Source: an uncultured archaeon (GTDB lineage: Archaea; Iainarchaeota; Iainarchaeia; Iainarchaeales; CSSED10-239). Taken from it: a stretch of 11,411 nucleotides of DNA. The position numbers and the translations under genes are program-made. Under the pieces are notes generated by a model that worked only from the letters and a program-made list of their open reading frames with translations, was not told the DNA's origin and did not search any database. Below are positions 1 through 5,529 of this stretch, one piece after another. How positions within the stretch are numbered: position 1 is the stretch's first letter; every line of letters starts with the position of its first letter. The stretch spans positions 1 through 11,411 of the forward strand of contig CAZQEL010000022.1 of the NCBI GenBank assembly GCA_964591795.1, read 5' to 3'.

Positions 1-483
1 TTAAAAAGAGATTACAATACCCGTTTTTAGGGGTGATTGATTAATTTACTTAAAGTCCCACTATATATTTTTATAGAGCAGGGAATTAACAAAAAGAAAA
101 TCTCTAACCCTAATCAAAAAAATGGAAATACTCATCGTTATGTTTATTATCATTGCTCAAGAGGAAAAGACAGATTCTGTAAAGAGAAAGCTATAAGAGA
201 AGAAGAGTTACTTAAACAATTATTGGAAATGATTGATAAGATTGATCTTGATGAAATTACCACCCAAGATAAAATTAAAAGAAAAATAACTAAGTTTAGA
301 AAATTTAGTTATAGTGTGTTAGGGCAAGAAACCGAATTTGACAAAAGACCTATCGAAACAGATATCCGAAACTATGCAAAATACATCCTCACAGATGGCA
401 CCAAGGATGATAAGAGGGAACTACTGGGATGTTTGAGAAGTAGAGTAGAGATAAAAGATAAGGGAGTTAATTTAAATAAATGA
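1..483 (+). pseudogene. Decayed C-terminal remnant of a large serine recombinase (second half of the zinc-ribbon plus the coiled-coil region)
   Basis: ORF 37..483 contains 'HRYVYYHCSRGKDRFCKEKAIREEELLKQLLEMIDKIDLDE', which matches the YYxC...C half of the recombinase zinc ribbon followed by the coiled-coil. The upstream CxxC pair is missing ('LLKVPLYIFIEQG' sits where CGxCG is expected). The frame is closed by TAG 28-30 and TGA 34-36, and the only available start is TTG at 37. Frame 3 at 3..41 reads 'KKRLQYPFLGVID*', which resembles the conserved segment just before the zinc ribbon and suggests a frameshift. Confidence 0.55.
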
Positions 484-543
484 AAGAAAGTTTAAAAAAG
501 CCAAAAGGACCTTATTTTACAACAGTAATTAATTTAGTAAGTT

Positions 544-2289
544 ATGATAACCTATGAAGGCTTGATTTTATATTTACAACGCGATAGAATACTGATTAAT
601 ACTATGCGTAAAGATATAAAAGCAAAATTAAAAGATATGCCCGAACTACTTACTATTGGACAAGTAGCTGAAGTTTTTTCTATTCACCCTGATACTCTTA
701 GGAATTGGGATAAAGAAGGGATTTTAGTTCCTTTAAGGGTTGGAACAAGAAAAGACCGAAAATATAGACCTCAAGATATTCAAACCATTATGGATAAAAT
801 GGGTAGTGAACTTACACTTCCCCAACTAGAGCAATTCCTTTGGAAAAGTGCTGATATTCTTCGTGGGAAAATTGATGGTTCTGATTATAAGAAATATATT
901 TTCGGATTGTTATTCTTTAAAAGAATTAGTGATGTTTGGGATGAAGAATATAAAAAAACAAAAAAAGAATATGGGGATAAAAAAATCGCTCGTACTGACT
1001 ATAATCATCGCTTCCAAGTTCCTAGAGAATGTCGCTGGGCTGTTATAGAAGAACAAGCAGAAAATATCGGACAAAAACTTAATGAAATTTTTGATAAATT
1101 AACAAATGCTAATAGCCCAAAACTAGATAAAATTTTTAATGATTTAGATTTTGCTAATAAAGACCGTTTCCCCAACGAAACGACCCAACGATTAATAAAT
1201 CATTTTTCTCAATATAACTTTGGTGATACTTATATAAGTTCGGATTTGCTCGGAGATGCTTATGAATATCTAATTAAACAATTCGCTGCGGATGCTGGAA
1301 AAAAAGGTGGCGAATTCTACACACCACGAGAAGTTGAAAAAGTTATTGTTGAAATTTTAAAACCTCATAAAAAAGATCACATCTATGACCCTACTGTTGG
1401 ATCAGGAGGATTTCTCCTTGAGGCTTTTCATTATTTAAAAAATAAAGAAAATGAAACTGTGGCGAGAACACTTTATTTAAATGGGCAAGAGTTAAATATT
1501 GGAACTTTCGCAATTGCGAAAATAAATATGTTTTTGCATGGGTTAGACGGGGCTGATATTCAAAGAGGAGATACTTTAGCAAATCCACAATTCTTAAATC
1601 CAAATGGGAGTTTGAAAACTTTTGATATTGTTGTAGCAAATTTTCCATATTCTATTAAAGATTATGAATATAATATTCTAAAAATAAATAAATATGGAAG
1701 AATTGATGGATATGAAATGCCCCCTAAAAGAAATGCCGACTATGCTTTTATCTTACATATAATTAAATCAATGAATTCAAATGGAAGAGCAGGTGTAGTG
1801 GTTCCTCATGGAGTGCTTTTTAAAACTGATGCATCAAAAAGAATTCGAGAACAAATTTTAAAAAATGACTTAATTGAAGCTGTTATTGGTATGCCATCAA
1901 AATTATTTTATGGAGTTGGTATTCCTGTAGCGATTATTATTTTCAATAAAAATAAACCAAAAGAAAGAAAAAATAAAGTTTTGATTATTAATGCTGAAAA
2001 AGAATATTCAGAAGGTAAAAATCAAAACTCACTTCGTGTTCAAGATATCCAAAAGATTGTTAAAACTTATGATAATTATAAGGATGTAGAAAATTATGCT
2101 CGGGTGGTAGATTTAAAAGAAATTGAAGAGAATGAATTTAACTTGAATGTAAGTCGTTATATTGATAATGGAGAAAAAGAAGAAAAAATTGATGTTTCTG
2201 CTGTTAAGAAAGAATTGGTTAAACTAGAAAAAGAGCGAACAGAGATTGATAAAAAAGTCGAGGATTATTTAAAAGTATTAAAGTATTAA
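544..2289 (+). CDS. hsdM: Type I restriction-modification system methyltransferase subunit HsdM (N6-adenine) with an extra N-terminal MerR/excisionase-type HTH
   Basis: HsdM_N-like region 'LEQFLWKSADILRGKIDGSDYKKYIFGLLFFKRISDVWDEE'. 'GEFYTPREV' is present. The AdoMet motif I 'IYDPTVGSGGFL' lies at 1381..1416. The catalytic motif IV variant 'NFPY' lies at 1639..1650. 'YAFILHI' and 'GRAGVVVPHGVLF' are also present. The HTH 'LTIGQVAEVFSIHPDTLRNWDKEGILVPL...RKYRPQDIQTIM' spans about 640..800. Alternative starts are ATG 604 and ATG 637. Confidence 0.95.
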   Translation: MITYEGLILYLQRDRILINTMRKDIKAKLKDMPELLTIGQVAEVFSIHPDTLRNWDKEGILVPLRVGTRKDRKYRPQDIQTIMDKMGSELTLPQLEQFLWKSADILRGKIDGSDYKKYIFGLLFFKRISDVWDEEYKKTKKEYGDKKIARTDYNHRFQVPRECRWAVIEEQAENIGQKLNEIFDKLTNANSPKLDKIFNDLDFANKDRFPNETTQRLINHFSQYNFGDTYISSDLLGDAYEYLIKQFAADAGKKGGEFYTPREVEKVIVEILKPHKKDHIYDPTVGSGGFLLEAFHYLKNKENETVARTLYLNGQELNIGTFAIAKINMFLHGLDGADIQRGDTLANPQFLNPNGSLKTFDIVVANFPYSIKDYEYNILKINKYGRIDGYEMPPKRNADYAFILHIIKSMNSNGRAGVVVPHGVLFKTDASKRIREQILKNDLIEAVIGMPSKLFYGVGIPVAIIIFNKNKPKERKNKVLIINAEKEYSEGKNQNSLRVQDIQKIVKTYDNYKDVENYARVVDLKEIEENEFNLNVSRYIDNGEKEEKIDVSAVKKELVKLEKERTEIDKKVEDYLKVLKY

Positions 2290-2300
2290 AGTATTAAAGT
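2273..2300. repeat. Tandem octamer AAGTATTA, 3.5 copies, spanning the hsdM stop codon and the junction to the next gene
   Basis: Read directly: AAGTATTA at 2273-2280, 2281-2288 and 2289-2296, then AAGT at 2297-2300. The hsdM TAA is at 2287-2289 and the next ATG is at 2302. Confidence 0.9.
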
Positions 2301-2301
2301 T

Positions 2302-3009
2302 ATGAATAAATTATTTAAATTAAAAATAAATAAATCATCAGAATACTGGGCTTTTATGCTTTTGTTTTTTCTCAGTTTTTCCTGCCTATATTTTTTTAGT
2401 TTTAGACTAGATGATCCTTTTAGAACTGAGTTTTTGAATATTATTGAATATTTAGGGGCTATCTTAATTGCAATGGTTGCTGGGTATTTTGCTTACTCTC
2501 AATTTTTAGAAATACGTTTTGAAAAAATAAAAGAACAAGCTAACCTTAGTTTTAAAAGAGATATGTACGCTAGAGCGATAAATTTATATACAGAAGCTAT
2601 TTCCATCAGATCCGATGAGTTTCCTGTTTTTGCTGAATATACGGAAGTTTTGATTGCAATTTCTGATTTTGATAAATTTGATTTGATAGCTAAAGATTTA
2701 AAAAAATATGCAGTTGATAAAAGAGAACATTTGATTTGTTGCTACTTGATGTTTTCTAGGTTCATGTTGCAAGAAAATCTTGGTTTTGCTAAAAAACATA
2801 TACTTGAAACAATAGAATCTTATGAAAAAAATAAAAATATTTTTGTATTAGGTAATTGGGATTTTTCTGATATAAAAAGGACAGAAAATTATAAGTCTCT
2901 TCAAGGAGAAGCAAAAAAGATTTTTGATAATTATATAAAATTTGTAACAGGACAGTTGAAGAATGATTCGTTAAGTAAGTTTTTGAATGGCGATTACATT
3001 TTAAGTTAA
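2302..3009 (+). CDS. Hypothetical membrane protein with two N-terminal TM helices and a cytoplasmic TPR-like helical domain
   Basis: Hydrophobic segments are 'YWAFMLLFFLSFSCLYFFSF' (about 2344..2403) and 'IIEYLGAILIAMVAGYFAYSQF' (about 2440..2505). 'FKRDMYARAINLYTEAISIRSDEF' fits the TPR consensus pattern (Y..AI..Y..AI). It is a long ORF with no stops that fills the gap exactly, 12 nt after hsdM. Confidence 0.75.
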   Translation: MNKLFKLKINKSSEYWAFMLLFFLSFSCLYFFSFRLDDPFRTEFLNIIEYLGAILIAMVAGYFAYSQFLEIRFEKIKEQANLSFKRDMYARAINLYTEAISIRSDEFPVFAEYTEVLIAISDFDKFDLIAKDLKKYAVDKREHLICCYLMFSRFMLQENLGFAKKHILETIESYEKNKNIFVLGNWDFSDIKRTENYKSLQGEAKKIFDNYIKFVTGQLKNDSLSKFLNGDYILS

Positions 3010-3016
3010 TTTAAAA

Positions 3017-3307
3017 ATGAAAAATCAAGAATATTACAACAAAATATTTAATGAATACAAAGAATTAGAAGCTAAAACTTTTATTCCTGTTAATGATGTT
3101 GTTAAGGGTAAAAAAATAATAGGTGTTCATATTAAACCCGAAGATCTCTTTCGTCGAGATGAAGTTAGAGAAGAATTAAGAAAGGGTTTAAATTTTCTTT
3201 CTAATGAACAATTAGAATTTTTGTATGACGATAGTGATTCTTTATTGGTTTTAGAAGCGGTAAAAACTTTGGCTAATAGAGATTTAATAAATAACAATAT
3301 TAACTAA
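3017..3307 (+). CDS. Hypothetical small protein (96 aa), family not recognised
   Basis: The ORF starts 7 nt after the upstream stop and ends 1 nt before the next ATG, so it fits the operon packing. I recognise no motifs. Residue counts are about 18 acidic and 15 basic. Confidence 0.6.
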   Translation: MKNQEYYNKIFNEYKELEAKTFIPVNDVVKGKKIIGVHIKPEDLFRRDEVREELRKGLNFLSNEQLEFLYDDSDSLLVLEAVKTLANRDLINNNIN

Positions 3308-3308
3308 T

Positions 3309-4379
3309 ATGCCAACACTTTCAACAAGGTCAACTTCTAGAGAAACAATGGAAATGGATCCCATTGTATTAAGAGAAACAACTACAACTAGATTGACTTT
3401 TTATCCATGTTGGGTTAGTTCATCAAGTAACCCATTGAGAGGAGGTTTTAAATTTGAAAGAAAAAGCCCATTAGATACTTGGGAAGCTTTTGATTCTAAA
3501 CCGCTATCTAGTTTAAAAAAAGACGAAGCATATATTTTACCTTTAAAAGGCGACGAAATATCTTCTCTCTTGTTTAATTTAGAAAATATTAAAGAAATTC
3601 TTGAAAAGTACGGACATTCTTATGGTGAAAGAAATATTATTTTTAGTGAAAAAAATGCAGAAAATGTTTTATTACAAATAGGTGAAATAGATAATCGAGA
3701 TTTAGTTATTCAACAATTAAAAAAATTAGAAGAAAATAATTTTAAGAATATAAGTTCTCTCGTTGACATAACAAAATTAGACAAAATTATTGAAGAATTT
3801 GAGAAAAACTTAAATAATTCAGATGAAAGTTTCTGGCAAAACTTTTTTGAAGACAAAGATGGTGTTTGGGTTTTACAACAAATTTTTTCATTTCCTGTTC
3901 TTTTTTTGCAAGGAGAGGCATATGTTGGCGGAAAAAATACTAAAGGGCGTCAAGGAAGAGGCGGTGTTGCCACAGATTATTTATTTAAAAATCATTCAAA
4001 TGATAGTTTTGCTGTTGTAGAAATAAAAACTCCAAAAACCAAGTTAGTAAAAAATTATTTGTATAGAGGTGATTTTGAAGGAGAAACCAATTGTATCCAT
4101 GAATTAGAAAAAGATTTGTATGGAGGCGTTATTCAATTAGAAAATCAAATACATACAGCGATAGACAAATTTAAAGATGAATTAGGGGAAGATTTTAAGG
4201 AATTAAACATGATTGATCCTTGTGGCGTGTTATTAATTGGTAATAAAGAAGATTTAAATATTAGTCAGAAAAAAACTTTTAATTTGTTTAGAAAAACATT
4301 GGGGAAAAATTTAATTTATACCTTTGATGAACTTTTATTTAAAATTAAGCAATTTCGAACATTTTATAATGAAAACTAA
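3309..4379 (+). CDS. Shedu-like (SduA / DUF4263) PD-(D/E)xK nuclease-domain protein with an unrecognised N-terminal domain
   Basis: The C-terminal half reads 'ESFWQNFFEDKDGVWVLQQIF...GVATDYLF...FAVVEIKTPKTKL...GGVIQLENQIH...PCGVLLIGNKEDL...NLIYTFDELL'. The candidate catalytic residues are D (3975-3977) and ExK (E 4020-4022, K 4026-4028), followed by Q. A terminal 'iiG...TYDELL'-type motif is as I recall for DUF4263. The first 170 aa or so are unassigned. Alternative starts are ATG 3348 and ATG 3354. Confidence 0.7.
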   Translation: MPTLSTRSTSRETMEMDPIVLRETTTTRLTFYPCWVSSSSNPLRGGFKFERKSPLDTWEAFDSKPLSSLKKDEAYILPLKGDEISSLLFNLENIKEILEKYGHSYGERNIIFSEKNAENVLLQIGEIDNRDLVIQQLKKLEENNFKNISSLVDITKLDKIIEEFEKNLNNSDESFWQNFFEDKDGVWVLQQIFSFPVLFLQGEAYVGGKNTKGRQGRGGVATDYLFKNHSNDSFAVVEIKTPKTKLVKNYLYRGDFEGETNCIHELEKDLYGGVIQLENQIHTAIDKFKDELGEDFKELNMIDPCGVLLIGNKEDLNISQKKTFNLFRKTLGKNLIYTFDELLFKIKQFRTFYNEN

Positions 4380-5529
4380 CCAAATACAAAAGAATATTCC
4401 AAAAGGTTGGGGAGAAAAACAATTTAATGATTGTATTGTTTTACCTACAAAACTTAAAGGACTTAAAAAATCACAATATAAATTAAGTGGTAAATATCCT
4501 ATTTTCGATCAAGGTCAAAGCTACATAAGTGGATATACAGATAATAATGATTTTTTGAATGATAATTCTCCAGTAATATTGTTTGGGGATCACACAAGAA
4601 TTGTTAAATTAATAAAATCACCCTTTGTTTTAGGAGCTGATGGTACTAAAGTTTTTTGGGTAAACGAGAATATTGATATTGATTTCTTTTTTTATTCTTT
4701 ATTAAATACCGAAATACCGAACACTGGCTACAATAGACATTTTAAATTTCTAAAGGAGAAAAAGTTTTTAATTCCAGAAGATATAAACGAACAAAAACAA
4801 ATTGCGAAAATTTTGAAAACAGTTGATAAAGAAATGGAAAAAACTGACGAGATTATAGGGGGAACGGAAAAGTTGAAAAAAGGTTTGATGCAAAAACTTT
4901 TTGAGAAAAAAGAGGGGTGGAATGTATTGAAAATAAAAGATTCTCCGATTAAACTAATTGATGGCGATCGAGGTGTAAATTATCCGAAAGTCAGTGACTT
5001 TACTACTGGTGGTTATTGTCTTTTTCTGAGTAATAAGAATATAAAAAATGATGAATTTATTTTTTCAGATTCACAATTTATTTCTAAAGAAAAAGATGAG
5101 TTATTAAGAAAAGGAAGGCTTCAAAAAGAAGATGTTATTTTAACAACAAGAGGAACTGTTGGAAGTGTGGCTTTTTATGATAAAACCGTAAGTTTTCAGA
5201 ATATAAGAATAAATTCAGGGATGCTTATTTTAAGATCGTTTGACGGAATAGAACCTATATATTTATATCAATTATTGAAAAGTTCTTTATTAAAAAACAA
5301 ATTTAAGGAGATCGTTTCAGGATCTGCCCAACCCCAGCTCCCGATAAGAACACTTGAACAAGTTTTTATACCAATACCACCAGAAGGTGAGCAACAAAAA
5401 ATTGCAGAAATTCTTTCGGCTGTCGATGAAAAAATTTTAGTTAATAAAAAATTAAAAGAAAAACTAACCCAACTCAAAAAAGGTCTGTCGCAAGATCTTT
5501 TGAGTGGTAAAGTACGAACAAAAAAATGA
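4369..5529 (+). CDS. hsdS: Type I restriction-modification system specificity subunit HsdS (two target-recognition domains)
   Basis: The N-terminus 'MKTNQIQKNIPKGWGEKQFNDC' is typical for HsdS. TRD1 contains 'GKYPIFDQGQSYISGYTD...ILFGDHT'. TRD2 contains 'LIDGDRGVNYP...ILTTRGTVGSVAFYD'. There are two conserved helical spacers: 'EQKQIAKILKTVDKEMEKTDEIIGGTEKLKKGLMQKLF' from 4789 and 'EQQKIAEILSAVDEKILVNKKLKEKLTQLKKGLSQDLLSG' from 5389. I prefer ATG 4369 to the track start TTG 4324, because codons 4324-4368 overlap the previous gene and add a non-HsdS-like leader. Confidence 0.9.
   Translation: MKTNQIQKNIPKGWGEKQFNDCIVLPTKLKGLKKSQYKLSGKYPIFDQGQSYISGYTDNNDFLNDNSPVILFGDHTRIVKLIKSPFVLGADGTKVFWVNENIDIDFFFYSLLNTEIPNTGYNRHFKFLKEKKFLIPEDINEQKQIAKILKTVDKEMEKTDEIIGGTEKLKKGLMQKLFEKKEGWNVLKIKDSPIKLIDGDRGVNYPKVSDFTTGGYCLFLSNKNIKNDEFIFSDSQFISKEKDELLRKGRLQKEDVILTTRGTVGSVAFYDKTVSFQNIRINSGMLILRSFDGIEPIYLYQLLKSSLLKNKFKEIVSGSAQPQLPIRTLEQVFIPIPPEGEQQKIAEILSAVDEKILVNKKLKEKLTQLKKGLSQDLLSGKVRTKK

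Noticed and set aside
484-603. Promoter or operator upstream of hsdM: TTTACA at 516-521 with TAAGTT at 538-543, TTTACAAC repeated at 516-523 and 573-580, and the AATTAATT palindrome at 527-534
   Set aside because: The matches to sigma70 consensus are weak (3/6 in the -10). Short A/T-rich repeats and palindromes are expected by chance in this composition. They are worth testing only alongside the HsdM HTH hypothesis.
950-990. Poly-A tracts (A7 runs) in hsdM as phase-variation switches
   Set aside because: A6 to A8 runs are frequent throughout this AT- and Lys-rich window, including in genes with no reason to phase-vary. They are shorter than typical contingency tracts.
848-1048. 66-aa ORF in an alternative frame inside hsdM
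   Set aside because: It lies entirely within the well-supported hsdM reading frame. The low-complexity, hydrophobic translation is typical of off-frame reading in AT-rich DNA.
1391-1648. 85-aa minus-strand ORF
   Set aside because: It is antisense to the catalytic core of hsdM (the motif I to motif IV region). It has no recognisable motifs and is most likely a shadow ORF.
3823-4020. 65-aa ORF in an alternative frame inside the DUF4263-like gene
   Set aside because: It is nested in a longer ORF that carries a coherent nuclease motif set. Its translation is low complexity.
4324-4368. Track start (TTG 4324 / ATG 4327) for hsdS
   Set aside because: The extra 15 codons ('MMNFYLKLSNFEHFI') overlap the end of the previous gene and do not resemble an HsdS N-terminus. 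ATG 4369 gives the typical 'MK...IPKGW' start. The longer form cannot be excluded without experimental data.
28-5529. Possible alternative genetic code (TGA as a sense codon, as in some candidate phyla)
   Set aside because: TGA terminates two ORFs at sensible positions. One is the recombinase relic at 481-483. The other is hsdS at 5527-5529, which ends right after the conserved C-terminal helix. I noticed no in-frame TGA splitting any recognised domain, so the standard bacterial code fits.
1-5529. Recombinase-driven hsdS shufflon or phase-variable specificity
   Set aside because: The window has only one hsdS and no silent or inverted partial hsdS copies, and I could see no inverted repeats within hsdS. 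The adjacent recombinase appears non-functional.
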